This document shows, piece after piece, positions 8,541 through 18,709 of a DNA stretch of 56,634 nt; within the stretch, counting starts at the first letter, position 1, and each line of letters begins with the position of its first letter. Origin of the DNA: an uncultured delta proteobacterium. GTDB lineage: Bacteria; Myxococcota; Myxococcia; Myxococcales; Anaeromyxobacteraceae. The notes beneath the pieces were generated by a model. It was not told where the DNA came from, made no database searches, and saw nothing but the letters and a program-made list of their open reading frames with translations. A program made the translations under genes and the position numbers. Location: assembly GCA_963845515.1 (NCBI GenBank), contig CAWJSR010000038.1, positions 1-56,634 of the forward strand, given 5' to 3'.

Positions 8541-9011
8541 ATGGGATGCTGCGACGAAGTGGCTGGTGAGCGGCGCTTCTGCAAGGACGCCGAGCGGTAC
8601 GTGGCGCGCAAGCGAGAGGGAGCGCCCAGGAAGGCCGTGCTCGCCTGCGAAGGGGCCTGCATCAAGGGCGAGGTGGCGCGGACCGCAGCGAACCTGCTCG
8701 CCTCCAGACTCGAGCGGGAGACGGCGGCACGGATCTGCCTCGGCGACGCGGTGACGGCCGATTCAGGGATGCTGGACCTGGTGCGACGAGCGCCGGAGGT
8801 GATCGCCATCGAGGGCTGCTCGCTCAGGTGCGCCAGCGTCCTGCTCGCCCGCCGCGCGCCGGAGATCAAGCCGACGGTGATCGAGGCGCAGCGGCTCTAC
8901 ACCTACGATCGCGACAAGTACTTCGAGATCCTCGACATGCCGCGCGAGGAGCTCGACGAGCTCGCAGCCAAGGTCGCGGCCCAGGTACGGGAGCGGTGCT
9001 TCAAGGGCTGA
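8541..9011 (+). CDS. DGC-domain putative zinc-binding protein
   Basis: LACEGAC...RICLG...IAIEGCSLRCA. Confidence 0.75.
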   Translation: MGCCDEVAGERRFCKDAERYVARKREGAPRKAVLACEGACIKGEVARTAANLLASRLERETAARICLGDAVTADSGMLDLVRRAPEVIAIEGCSLRCASVLLARRAPEIKPTVIEAQRLYTYDRDKYFEILDMPREELDELAAKVAAQVRERCFKG

Positions 9012-9121
9012 CCGCGCCGACCACCGTGGCGACGGGCGCTCCACCAGGCCCTGTGCGTCCATGTTCACCAGTTGTACCATCGGGTTCCTCGGTCGCAAGA
9101 GCGTCCCCCTTGGAGCACCAC

Positions 9122-9748
9122 ATGAAGATCCTCGTCGTCCTCGCACACCCCGACCCCGGGTCCCTCAACCACGCGCTCGCCGACGCGGCCGCCCGCGCCG
9201 CGAGGCTGCAAGGGCACGCCGTCACGCTCGTCGACCTGCACGCGGAGTGCTTCGACCCGATCCTTACGGCCTCGGAGATCCCGAAGGGCGCGCCCCTTCC
9301 GCCGTGGCTCGAGCGCCACTGCGCGGACCTCGCGGCGGCGGACGGGATCGTCGTGGTCCACCCGAACTGGTGGGGCCAACCTCCCGCGATCCTCACCGGC
9401 TGGATCGATCGAGTCATCCGTCCGGGAGTCGCCTACGGATTCCAGGAAGGGGATTCGGGCGAGGGGGTGCCCGTCGGCCTCCTCCGGGCGAGGACCGCCG
9501 TGGTGCTCAACACCTCCAACACTCCGCCGGAGCGCGAACGCGAGGCCTTCGGCGATCCGCTCGACTCCATCTGGAGGCGCTGCGTCTTCGAGCTCTGCGG
9601 CGTGATGGACGTGCGCCGCAAGACGTACTCGGTGGTCGTGACCAGCACGGTTGAGCAGCGGCGCGAGTGGCTTGCGGACGCCGCCGCGCTCGTGACCGAC
9701 GCGTTTCCACGGACCGGTGAGCTCCTCCCTGGCTCCCTCCATGGCTGA
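9122..9748 (+). CDS. NAD(P)H-dependent oxidoreductase (Flavodoxin_2)
   Basis: MKILVVLAHP...HPNWWGQPPAILTGWIDRV. Confidence 0.9.
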   Translation: MKILVVLAHPDPGSLNHALADAAARAARLQGHAVTLVDLHAECFDPILTASEIPKGAPLPPWLERHCADLAAADGIVVVHPNWWGQPPAILTGWIDRVIRPGVAYGFQEGDSGEGVPVGLLRARTAVVLNTSNTPPEREREAFGDPLDSIWRRCVFELCGVMDVRRKTYSVVVTSTVEQRREWLADAAALVTDAFPRTGELLPGSLHG

Positions 9749-9814
9749 GGCTCGAGGCTCGGGCGAATCGTCTCGCGGCGAAGGTCAGGGGCGCGGCATA
9801 GTCTCGCGCCACCG

Positions 9815-12800
9815 ATGGCTTCCGATCAGCCTCCCAATCGCGGCTGCCCTTGCGACAGCGGGCTCGACTTCGCGGATTGCTGCGCCGATGCAGCGACGGC
9901 CGCGCGGCGCCTGACACCCGACTCGCTCGAGGCCTGGGCGCGGGCACGCGGAGTGGGGGCGCAGCTCGACGTCGCGGCCAGCGCCCTGGCCCACGGTCGC
10001 CCGGAGTCCCTTCCCCCCGCCCACGCGCTGCTGCGCGCCAACCTGACCGTCGGCGTCGCGCTCGCCCCGGGGAGGATCTTTCCGCCCGCCACGATCGATG
10101 CGATCCGGCCCCTCCGCGCGCTCCTCTGGGGATTCTTGCGCGCCGAGGCGGACGGCGTCGCCGCAGCCGTACAGGCCGAGGCCGCCGCCTCGCCCGCCCC
10201 GCCCGTACCCTCGAACTCCCCGGGCCTCGCCCTCCTCGCGGAGCGGCTGCGGTCCTTGCGCGCGGAGGTCCGACGCACCGTCCCACCTCGCCCGCTCGCG
10301 CGTCTCGGTCATTGCACACTGACGGTCCTGCCGTCGTCGCGGACGCTCCACTTCCTCGAGCGGCGGCGCTGGGTCAGGGATAGCTCCTACGGCGCCGTCG
10401 AGCCCGCGGTGAAGCTCTCGTTCGCGGGTCTCCAGGAGGGTCCGCTGCCACCGCCCTCCTGCACCTGCGAAGCCAAAGGCCCCTGCACGCACCTCCTCGC
10501 CGCCATCGACCTCGCGCTCGCCCAGCTCTACGATCCCCAGCGGCCCATCCCCTGGGAGGCGCTCGGCCGCGAGCTCGACACCCCGAACTGGACGCGAGCC
10601 CTCGCGGGGTTCGACCTGCTCCGGGCCCAGCACCAACACGACGGCGAGGCCGACGCTCAGCTCCGCTACTCCTTCGTCGTCGCCGACGCCGGCGACAGGA
10701 ACGCGTCCATCGTTCCCTACGTCCACCGGCGCGGCCGGAACGGCCAGTTCAGCAAGGGCAAGCGGGTGGCCGCAGATGACCTGCGCGAAGGGCCTGGCCC
10801 GTGTCCGCCAGAGGACCGCGCGGCGCTCGCTCGGCTAGGGTTCCTCTCGGCCCGCTACCGCGGGAAATGGGACTGGCGCTACTCCTCCGGGCTCGCGCGC
10901 GACATCGACCGCCCCGACATCCTGCTCGCGCTCGCCGGCCACCCGCGGGTCTACCGCGCCATCACCATCCCCGAGCCGCTGGAGGTTCGCGGCGCAGAGC
11001 TCGAGCTCCGCGTCCTCCCGTTCGAAGGCGGTGGCACCGAGGTCGCGACCTTCGTCGACGGGCGCAGGATCCCGACCGCCGAGATCCTGGCGCGGCTCGA
11101 GGCCCACGATGGTGGGGCCCTCTTGTTGGCCGACCGCGAGCGGTCGGAGTTGCTGGTAGTCCGCGTGGCTGACCTCGAGGCGATGCTCGTGGTCCTCAAG
11201 GGCCTCGCGCGCTTCGGCCAGCACTTCCCGCCTGAGGCGGAGAGCGCGCTGCTGGAGCGGGTGGGCGCGCTCCAGTCGGTTCTCCCCGTGACGATCTCTC
11301 CCGAGCTGGAAGGGGAGGAGACGGCGACCGCCACCAGCCACGTCCTCCGGCTCGCCCTGCGCGACGCCGGGCTCGACCTCCAGCTGCTCGCCCGGCCGCT
11401 GGAGGGGGCCACACTCCACCCTCCCGGCGCGGGGCCGGCGCGCGTCGTCTCGTCGAGCGGCGGCCGGCGCCTCTTCGCGGTGCGCCAACTGGAGGCCGAG
11501 CGACGGACCGCGGAGGAGCTGGTCGCAGCGCTTCCGCTCCAGGCGGCGAGGCCCACCGGGCCGTTCTCGTGGACGGTCGGAGAGGATGCCGAGGCGCTCG
11601 CCCTGCTCGAGGCGCTCAGGCCGCTGGAGCGGCCAGACCTCGCCGTCGAGTGGGTGGGACCGCCCGCGCGCGTCGTCCGGGCCGCCACGGCCAAGCAGCT
11701 CCGGGTCCAGGTCCGCGACCGGCACGACTGGTTCGGGCTCGCCGGCACCGTCGAGGTGGATGGCGAGGAGGTGGAGCTGGCCGTGCTGCTCGAGGCGCTC
11801 CGCGACCGGCGGAAGATCGTCCGGCTGAAGGGAGGCGCGTGGCTCACCCTCACCGCGGAGCTGGCCGAGCGGCTCGCCCCGCTCGCGCAGCTCTCGACCC
11901 CCGTGGCCGGCGGCCTTGAGATCGGACCGGCCGCTCTCGGCCCCCTCGACGACCTGGCTCGGGACGGCGCGGCCCTGGACGCTCACGGCGCCTTCGCGCG
12001 ACTCCACGCTCGGATGAGGGAGGCCTCGAAGTCCACGCCCAGGGTGCCGCGGACGTTCAAGGGGAAGCTGCGCGACTACCAGGTCGAGGGGTTCCGCTGG
12101 CTCGTCCGGCTCGCCGCCTGGGGCGCGGGGGCGATCCTCGCCGACGACATGGGGCTCGGCAAGACGCTCCAGGCGCTCGCGCTCCTGTGCCACCGCGCCG
12201 GCGACGGCCCCGCCCTGGTGGTGGCCCCCACCTCCGTCTGCGCCAACTGGGTGGCCGAGGCGAGCCGCTTCGCGCCCTCGCTCCGCGTGACGCTCTTCCG
12301 GGAGGCCGACCGTGCGAGCGCCGTGAAGGGGCTGGGGCCGGGAGACGTGCTCGTCATCAGCTACGGCCTCCTGGCGCTGGACCTCCAGCGGTTCGTGGGG
12401 AAGCGCTTCGCCACGTTGGTGCTCGACGAGGCGCAGGCCGTCAAGAACGCCGGGACCCGGCGCGCGCAGGCGGCCAGGGCACTCGACGCCGACTTCAGGG
12501 TGGCGCTCTCGGGCACCCCCGTCGAGAACCACCTGGGGGAGCTCTGGAGCCTCTTCCGGATCGCCTTCCCCGGGCTGCTCGGGAGCTGGGAACAGTTCCG
12601 GATGCGCTTCGCCCGTCCCATCGAAGAGGAAGGCGACCTCGAACGGCGTCGCGCCCTCGCAGCGACGCTGCGCCCCTTCCTGCTCCGGCGCACCAAGGAC
12701 GAGGTGGCGCCCGAGCTCCCCACCCGCACGGAGATCGCACTGCCGGTGGCCCTCTCGGGCGGGGAGCGTCGCCTCTACGAGCAGGCGCGGCTCGCCGCCG

Positions 12801-13624
12801 TGGCCCGCCTCGCGGGCGCCGCCGACCGCGTCCGGCCCGAGCAGCGCCGCTTCCAGATCCTGACCGCCATCACCGAGCTCCGCCTGCTCGCCTGCCACCC
12901 GCGGCTCTACGAGCCGTCCAGCCGGCTCCCCTCGTCGAAGCTCGCCCGCTTCGTGGAGCTCGCCGCGGAGCTCGCCGACGGGGGCCACCGCGCCCTCGTC
13001 TTCAGCCAGTTCACGAGCCACCTCGCCCTCGTCCGCGAGGCGCTCGACGCGGCGGGGGCGAGCTATCTCTACCTCGACGGCCAGACACCGCCGGCGCGGC
13101 GGGACGAGCTGGTCGCGCGCTTCCAGGCCGGAGAGGGAGACCTGTTCCTCATCTCGCTCAAGGCGGGCGGGACGGGGCTCAACCTCACCGCGGCGGACTA
13201 CGTGATCCACCTCGATCCCTGGTGGAACCCGGCAGTGGAGGACCAGGCGACCGACCGCGCCCACCGGATCGGCCAGACACGACCGGTCACCGTCTACCGC
13301 CTCGTCTCGCAGGGAACGATCGAGGAGACCATCCTCGCGCTCCACGCGGCGAAGCGCGCGCTCGTCGCCGGCATCCTCGACGGCATGGATGGTGCCGCGA
13401 AGCTATCGGCCGACGACCTCATGGCGCTCATCCGCACGGGGCCGTCGCAGGCGGAGGCGCCAGCCGACGACGCGGTGGCGGTCGAGCGGGACGACCGGGA
13501 GGCCCCGGCGTCCGACTCGCACCCCTTCGGCGCCGTTCGCGGACGCGGGGTCCGGGGCGGCCGACTTCGCTCCCCGCCCGAGAACTCGGGGACCGGCTCG
13601 CCCATGCGGTCGCGGCCACCTTGA
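9815..13624 (+). CDS. SWIM zinc finger + SNF2 helicase/ATPase with N-terminal SEC-C-like motif
   Basis: CPCDSG...CC; CTC...CTH; LADDMGLGKT, DEAQ, SGTPVENHLGEL, QATDRAHRIGQ. Confidence 0.92.
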   Translation: MASDQPPNRGCPCDSGLDFADCCADAATAARRLTPDSLEAWARARGVGAQLDVAASALAHGRPESLPPAHALLRANLTVGVALAPGRIFPPATIDAIRPLRALLWGFLRAEADGVAAAVQAEAAASPAPPVPSNSPGLALLAERLRSLRAEVRRTVPPRPLARLGHCTLTVLPSSRTLHFLERRRWVRDSSYGAVEPAVKLSFAGLQEGPLPPPSCTCEAKGPCTHLLAAIDLALAQLYDPQRPIPWEALGRELDTPNWTRALAGFDLLRAQHQHDGEADAQLRYSFVVADAGDRNASIVPYVHRRGRNGQFSKGKRVAADDLREGPGPCPPEDRAALARLGFLSARYRGKWDWRYSSGLARDIDRPDILLALAGHPRVYRAITIPEPLEVRGAELELRVLPFEGGGTEVATFVDGRRIPTAEILARLEAHDGGALLLADRERSELLVVRVADLEAMLVVLKGLARFGQHFPPEAESALLERVGALQSVLPVTISPELEGEETATATSHVLRLALRDAGLDLQLLARPLEGATLHPPGAGPARVVSSSGGRRLFAVRQLEAERRTAEELVAALPLQAARPTGPFSWTVGEDAEALALLEALRPLERPDLAVEWVGPPARVVRAATAKQLRVQVRDRHDWFGLAGTVEVDGEEVELAVLLEALRDRRKIVRLKGGAWLTLTAELAERLAPLAQLSTPVAGGLEIGPAALGPLDDLARDGAALDAHGAFARLHARMREASKSTPRVPRTFKGKLRDYQVEGFRWLVRLAAWGAGAILADDMGLGKTLQALALLCHRAGDGPALVVAPTSVCANWVAEASRFAPSLRVTLFREADRASAVKGLGPGDVLVISYGLLALDLQRFVGKRFATLVLDEAQAVKNAGTRRAQAARALDADFRVALSGTPVENHLGELWSLFRIAFPGLLGSWEQFRMRFARPIEEEGDLERRRALAATLRPFLLRRTKDEVAPELPTRTEIALPVALSGGERRLYEQARLAAVARLAGAADRVRPEQRRFQILTAITELRLLACHPRLYEPSSRLPSSKLARFVELAAELADGGHRALVFSQFTSHLALVREALDAAGASYLYLDGQTPPARRDELVARFQAGEGDLFLISLKAGGTGLNLTAADYVIHLDPWWNPAVEDQATDRAHRIGQTRPVTVYRLVSQGTIEETILALHAAKRALVAGILDGMDGAAKLSADDLMALIRTGPSQAEAPADDAVAVERDDREAPASDSHPFGAVRGRGVRGGRLRSPPENSGTGSPMRSRPP

Positions 13625-13664
13625 GCGGTGGTGCTCTCGCCTGCCCTCCGGGGCGACGCCCCCC

Positions 13665-14363
13665 TCACCGCCGGTCATCGTGCTCGTGCTCTCCCCGGTG
13701 GCGCTCCCGCTCATGCTCGCCGCCCCCGCGATGCTCCCCGGCACGCCGCTCCGGCTTCGGAGGCGGCGGGCCCCGGTAGTGCTCGCGCGTCACCCGCTCG
13801 CTCGGCCGGTAACCGTAGCTCTGCGTGTGGAGGGAGCGCTGCTCCTCGGCGCGCGGGTAGCGCTCTCCAGCGTACTGCCGCTGGTACGCCGGCAGCGGCG
13901 CCGGCCGCGGCGCGGCGCGTCGGTTCCATCGATCCCAACCGCGGTGCTGCTCCTCCCAGCCGCGGCCGAAGCGCTTGCCCCACCGCGGCGGCTCGCCCCT
14001 CCGGTACTCGCGGAACCAGGGCGGCGGCCGGCGGTAGTAGTCGACCGGCACGCGCAGCACGTAGTACGGAACGTACGCTGGCGCGACCGGGCGCCACGGT
14101 CCGTTGTACCAGGAGCTCATGTACCAGCCGTCGTTGAGGAACAGCCAATAGGCCCCGTCATAGAAGAAGTAGTTCCCGTCGGCACCTGGCGCGTAATAGA
14201 CCGGGTACCCGGGGATCGGCTGCAGCTCGGGGTAGACGGGGAGGTTGAACCCCAACTGAAGGCCCGGCACCTCGACACCGAAGCGGACTCCGATCTGGGC
14301 CAGCGCCGGGGAGACCGGCGCGACGAGCAGGGCAAGCGCGAGAATCGTGGCGCGTCTGGTCAT
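13665..14363 (-). CDS. Exported Tyr/Trp/Pro-rich hypothetical protein
   Basis: Signal peptide MTRRATILALALLVAPVSPALA; PGYPVYYAP...NYFFYDGAYW...WYNGPW. Confidence 0.75.
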   Translation of the reverse strand: MTRRATILALALLVAPVSPALAQIGVRFGVEVPGLQLGFNLPVYPELQPIPGYPVYYAPGADGNYFFYDGAYWLFLNDGWYMSSWYNGPWRPVAPAYVPYYVLRVPVDYYRRPPPWFREYRRGEPPRWGKRFGRGWEEQHRGWDRWNRRAAPRPAPLPAYQRQYAGERYPRAEEQRSLHTQSYGYRPSERVTREHYRGPPPPKPERRAGEHRGGGEHERERHRGEHEHDDRR

Positions 14364-14697
14364 GGCATCCTCCAATTCGCGGGCGGCGACTTCCCAAAGG
14401 AGGCAGCGTCGCCGCTCGTCCATTAACGGACGACCGGGGCGCAGCCATAATTCCCCTTGGAGACCACCTGGGGAGGCAGAGGTCTGCCAGCGCAGCCTCC
14501 GCGCAGTCCGTATCTGGCTGGATTTACTCTGGCTCCTCCCCCGTGTCCGTCCTTGCCGACGCTTCCCCACAGGCTCATTTCGGGCCGTTCGAAGGGAGCC
14601 CCGATCAGCGCTTCGGCTCCATCCTACAAGAACGTTCAAGACGGCCACGGCCCGACCGTGCACGATCCACCGTCGACCGGGTCCGAAAGGCGGCTCA

Positions 14698-15501
14698 ATG
14701 GGAATCGACTACGTCCATGGCTATTCGCAGCGGGAGGTGGGGCGGCTGCTCGACCAGGCCGGCACCCTCTCCGAGCTGCTTCACGGCGACACGCGCTACC
14801 CTGCCGGGAGCAGGGTGCTCGAGGCGGGCTGCGGGGTAGGCGCGCAGACGGTCTTCCTGGGGCGCAACAGCCCGGGCGCGAAGATCACCAGCGTCGACGT
14901 CTCCGCCGACTCGCTGGCGCGCGCCCGCGAGCGGGTCCGCGCCGCGGGGCTCGAGAACGTCACGTTCGAGCAGGCGGATCTTGGATCGCTCTCCTTCCCG
15001 GCGGAGAGCTTCGACCACGTCTTCGTCTGCTTCGTCCTGGAGCACCTCGCCGCGCCGCTGGAGGTGCTGGCGAGCCTCCGGCGATGCCTCCGGCCCGGCG
15101 GCACGATGACCGTCATCGAGGGAGACCACGGCTCGGCCCTGTTCCATCCGGAGGATCGTCTCGCCAGGCGAACCATCCAGTGTCTCGTCGATCTCCAGGC
15201 GGAGGCGGGAGGCGACGCGAACCTGGGCCGCTGGCTGCGCCCGTTGCTCCGTCAGGCCGGCTTCGATCGCATCGCAGTCTCGCCGCGGCTCGTCTACGCG
15301 GACGCGGGGCGGCCGGAGTGGGTCGAGGGCTTCACCAGGAACACGTTCATCGCGATGATCGAGGCCGTCTCCGAGGAGGTCCTCGCGCGCGAGCTGATGA
15401 CCGCCGCCGAGTGGCGCGCGGGGATCGAGGCGCTGCGCAGGACGGCCGGACCCGATGGCGTCTTCTGCTACACCTTCTTCAAGGCCGTCGCCGTTCGGTG
15501 A
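14698..15501 (+). CDS. Class I SAM-dependent methyltransferase
   Basis: VLEAGCGVG; FDHVFVCFVLEHL; LRPGG. Confidence 0.9.
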   Translation: MGIDYVHGYSQREVGRLLDQAGTLSELLHGDTRYPAGSRVLEAGCGVGAQTVFLGRNSPGAKITSVDVSADSLARARERVRAAGLENVTFEQADLGSLSFPAESFDHVFVCFVLEHLAAPLEVLASLRRCLRPGGTMTVIEGDHGSALFHPEDRLARRTIQCLVDLQAEAGGDANLGRWLRPLLRQAGFDRIAVSPRLVYADAGRPEWVEGFTRNTFIAMIEAVSEEVLARELMTAAEWRAGIEALRRTAGPDGVFCYTFFKAVAVR

Positions 15502-15534
15502 AGCCCGGAGGAAGGCCCGAAGAGCCCAGTGTGC

Positions 15535-15936
15535 TCAGCGCGCCTTCGCGCGGACGCTGCGAGCCATGACGGCCACACGAGGCGCCCGCCGCGCTGTGGC
15601 CGTCTTCGCCCGGGAGGAGCCCGTCCGGGGCTTCTTCTTCCATGGGACGAACCCAACGTCGGCCTGGAGACCGTAGGCGAGTTTCGTGAGCGTCCGGTAG
15701 CCGGGGGTGGATGCACCGCGCTCGATCTTGCTGACCTCGCTCTGGTGAATGCCCACCGCGGCGGCGAGCTGCTTCTGCGTGAGCCCCAGCTCGCGCCGAC
15801 GCCGGAGCACCTGGGCCGCAAGGCGGAAGTGGTCCCGCAGAGCTTGAGCCTCGGCCTCAGCCCGGGGACCCGCTGCGCGTGTCTCCGCCTCGACCTCCTT
15901 CATGAAGTCATCGAACGACGAGGGCCGGCGGCTCAT
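15535..15936 (-). CDS. Orphan XRE/HigA-like HTH protein
   Basis: RRELGLTQKQLAAAVGIHQSEVSKIERGASTPGYRTL; no adjacent toxin. Confidence 0.8.
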   Translation of the reverse strand: MSRRPSSFDDFMKEVEAETRAAGPRAEAEAQALRDHFRLAAQVLRRRRELGLTQKQLAAAVGIHQSEVSKIERGASTPGYRTLTKLAYGLQADVGFVPWKKKPRTGSSRAKTATARRAPRVAVMARSVRAKAR

Positions 15937-16066
15937 GGCGACTCCCACGGACGGAGGCAGGGCTCCAGCGGCGTGTTGACTGACATATGGGTATTTCCCC
16001 ATTACCTTGTCAAGGCGACCTACCGAGGGCCGCGCGACTTCGCCTTCCTCTGCCTGCCCCCGCCGC

Positions 16067-16825
16067 CTACTGCACCCCGGCCGGCGGGCCCGCTGACGCG
16101 GCCAGCCCACCCGCGCGCCCGCAGCACCGCTTGTGCTTCCTCCCGCTCCCGCAGGGACAGGGGGCGTTGCGCCCCACGCGCGGGAGGGGCGGAGGCCTCT
16201 CCCAGCCGGAGTCCGGCCCAAACAACGGGATTGGCAGGACGACGTGCGTCTCGCCGCCTTCGAACACGACCGGCCCCGACTCGCACAGGGCGTCCGCGGC
16301 CCGCTCGTGCCAGTCCTCCACCGACCTCCCGAGGACCGCGCTGAGCTGCTCGAGCCGCTTCGGGGTCCCGGCCTCTGAGATGAGGCGCAGCACGAGCCGC
16401 GAGAGCTCCTGCGGCGTGAGATCGATCTCGCACTCGCCCTCCCGAGTGCACCACCGCCGCATCCCCTTCATCATCCCGGCCAGCAGCTCGCGCGAGAACG
16501 GCGCGTAGCCGAGCGTCCTGCAGAGCCGCGTCAGCAGCGCCACGCCTTCGTCCACCCGCCCGAGGCGATCCAGCTCCATCGCCGCGTCGGGGATCCAGAC
16601 GGGGAACCCGGCGCTCGTTCGGCGATCCAGGTCGTCGAGCGCCGCGCGCGTGCGGCACGCGTCGAGGACCTCGCCGAGGAGCGTCGCGCTCTGGAGGGCG
16701 GCCGCCTCGCGCTGATCTCCGCTCGCGTCGAGGAACGCCCTGGAGGCGGCCGAGACCATGGCCACCAGGTCGGGAGTGGGAGTGACATCGAGGACGGGAC
16801 GATCGAGCTTCGTGTCGGAGGGCAT
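16067..16825 (-). CDS. Hypothetical protein with C-terminal SEC-C motif
   Basis: VGRNAPCPCGSGRKHKRCC. Confidence 0.7.
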   Translation of the reverse strand: MPSDTKLDRPVLDVTPTPDLVAMVSAASRAFLDASGDQREAAALQSATLLGEVLDACRTRAALDDLDRRTSAGFPVWIPDAAMELDRLGRVDEGVALLTRLCRTLGYAPFSRELLAGMMKGMRRWCTREGECEIDLTPQELSRLVLRLISEAGTPKRLEQLSAVLGRSVEDWHERAADALCESGPVVFEGGETHVVLPIPLFGPDSGWERPPPLPRVGRNAPCPCGSGRKHKRCCGRAGGLAASAGPPAGVQ

Positions 16826-16988
16826 GGCCAGCGGGGACTGCAGCCGGCGAGCCACTCGGCGCGGAGCCGGCACTCGTCTCCTCCCGCGGACTTGCGCGAG
16901 CGTCCCGGAGCTGCGGCGTCCGCGCCTCGGACGGAGGGTCCGCGGGAACGCCGCGAGCAACGTCAATGTTCGACCTCGCTGGGAACTT

Positions 16989-17008
16989 CCCTCTCCCCCG
17001 CTCCGGCG
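16989..17008. repeat. boxC/REP-like hairpin A, left half (includes left TSD CGCTCCGGCG, 16999-17008)
   Basis: CCCTCTCCCC-CGCTCCGGCG immediately before the IS end CTGACCATT. Confidence 0.8.
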
Positions 17009-17021
17009 CTGACCATTGATC

Positions 17022-18491
17022 TCATTTCCGACGCCTGGCGGCGGCGGCGACGATGTCAGCGGCTTCGAGGACGGTTGCGGCGCCGGCGATGAAGTCGAGG
17101 CCGCGGCCGATGGTGATGGCTCCGGCGGGGCCGCCCGATGACTTTCCTGTGTAGCCGCCGAAGCGGGCTACCCAGAGGATCGCCTCGCCTAGCGTCATCT
17201 CGTTCTCGTCGGGAGCCACCTCCTTCGACTGGCGGCGACCGCCCCGCGCGACGGGCTGGTTGAGCGCGTCGAAGGCGAGGATCGCGATCGCCTTTCGCTC
17301 GTAGGGTGACAGCTCAGCGGAGGCGGGCTCGTCGGGGGTGGTGCGGGACTTGTGCTTGAGGTGCTCTGCGCGAGCGGCGACGGCGGCGTGCATGACGGCG
17401 AAGATGATCGCAGCGTGCATGGAGTGCAACTGGGTTTGCTCGACGTTGCAGCGCCCCGACTTCCAGGTCTTGTGGAAGTCCTCGATGCGCCAGCGCATCT
17501 GGTAGCTGCGGACGATGGCGAGCGCTTGGTCGGGGGCATCGATCGGAGCGTTGGAGAGGAGCATCCAGTCTAGCGGCTTCTCGCCGTGCGGCGTGGTGCC
17601 GACCTCGACCGCCCAGACGACGTTCAGCGCGAGGACGCTGGCAGTTCCGTGCCAACGGTCCTTGAGCAGCAGCTGAACCCGCTTGGTCCGAACGACCATC
17701 GTCGCGGTGCGAGCCTTGCGCTTGTGCGCGGCCGGGACCGCCACGGCGTATTTCGCGACGACGGGTGCCTTCGACATCACGCCCCGCAGGTAGCGCCGCT
17801 TGCCATTTCTTCCGGCGACGAGGAGGCGGTTCCAGGAGGATCGGACGGTGAACCGGGACCCGAGCGACGCGAGGGTCTGGAGCATCGTCCGCGAGTCCCC
17901 CTCCCGGTCGACGAGGAACCAAGCCTTGGCGGCGTCGACGTGGTTCGACGCGTGCAGGATGACGTTCAGCCAGCGCTGCGTCTCCTTCTCACGCACCTCC
18001 CGCATCCTGTTGTCGGTGGACTTGAGCTTGCGCCGGGTTCGCTTCTTCCGAGCCCAGAATTCCTGCCAGAGCACGCCCATCGGGACGCCGGCCATGCTGA
18101 CTGCGTATGCGGTAATGACCTTCAGGCCCCGCGCGCCGTGGCTGTGGCTGCCGACCTGGCCGAAGTCCTTCCTCCCGCGGGGGTCCGCAAGAGTGAGGCT
18201 CGAGCCATCGATGACCAGGTACGACATGCGCCGCGCTCGGTTCACGAGCGCACCCACGGCCGTCGCAAGCGCGCGGCTCAGCGCGCTCGCTTGAACGGCC
18301 GCGTTCTCGACGAAGCGATAGGCGCGCTCCCGGGCAGCCGACGTCTGGAACACCTGCGTGATCCGCCCGCTAGGGTTCCTGACGAGCCCTGTGACGAGGG
18401 CGACGAGCGAGCCTCTTCGCCGGGCATCGCCCAGGTCCGCGTGGCCGAAGAACGTTCTGGCGAAGGCTCTGGCGCCGGTCGGGATCGTCAT
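17022..18491 (-). CDS. IS4-family DDE transposase
   Basis: LGDARR, AYRFVEN, IDGS, DREGD, Y..RWRIEDFHKTWKSG (YREK), RFGGY. Confidence 0.92.
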   Translation of the reverse strand: MTIPTGARAFARTFFGHADLGDARRRGSLVALVTGLVRNPSGRITQVFQTSAARERAYRFVENAAVQASALSRALATAVGALVNRARRMSYLVIDGSSLTLADPRGRKDFGQVGSHSHGARGLKVITAYAVSMAGVPMGVLWQEFWARKKRTRRKLKSTDNRMREVREKETQRWLNVILHASNHVDAAKAWFLVDREGDSRTMLQTLASLGSRFTVRSSWNRLLVAGRNGKRRYLRGVMSKAPVVAKYAVAVPAAHKRKARTATMVVRTKRVQLLLKDRWHGTASVLALNVVWAVEVGTTPHGEKPLDWMLLSNAPIDAPDQALAIVRSYQMRWRIEDFHKTWKSGRCNVEQTQLHSMHAAIIFAVMHAAVAARAEHLKHKSRTTPDEPASAELSPYERKAIAILAFDALNQPVARGGRRQSKEVAPDENEMTLGEAILWVARFGGYTGKSSGGPAGAITIGRGLDFIAGAATVLEAADIVAAAARRRK

Positions 18492-18571
18492 GACCCCGCA
18501 GCAGATCACGGCTTCGACCGCCACGCGATCGAACGGACGCCCCCTGAAACTGGAATGCCGGGCCGCTCACG

Positions 18572-18613
18572 CCCCCCTCACCCGGCCTCTCCCCCGAGGG
18601 CTCGGGGGAGAGG
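18572..18613 (+). repeat. boxC/REP-like hairpin B carried inside the IS4, near its upstream end
   Basis: CCCCCCTCACCCGG-CCTCTCCCCCGAG-GG-CTCGGGGGAGAGG. Confidence 0.8.
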
Positions 18614-18676
18614 AGGAAACTCACCGCGAAGCCCGCGTCACCTCAGCCGATTCCGCACGAAGTGATGAATGGTCAG

Positions 18677-18709
18677 CGCTCCGGCGGGGGAGAGGTCTGG
18701 TGAGGGGGC
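18677..18709 (-). repeat. boxC/REP-like hairpin A, right half
   Basis: CGCTCCGGCG-GGGGAGAGG-TCT-GGTGAGGGGGC. Confidence 0.8.

Larger units (their letters stand above)
17009..18676 (-). mobile_element. IS4-family (IS50/Tn5-like) insertion sequence, 1668 bp, 10-bp TSD
   Basis: Terminal inverted repeats CTGACCATTGATC / GATGAATGGTCAG; direct repeat CGCTCCGGCG at 16999-17008 and 18677-18686. Confidence 0.9.

Noticed and set aside
112..9748. Integron cassette array (many small genes and TA modules)
   Set aside because: Mixed orientations, no recurring attC-like sites seen and no IntI; junctions cut through genes
10835..13345. 836-aa minus-strand ORF
   Set aside because: Antisense shadow of the SNF2 gene, common at high GC
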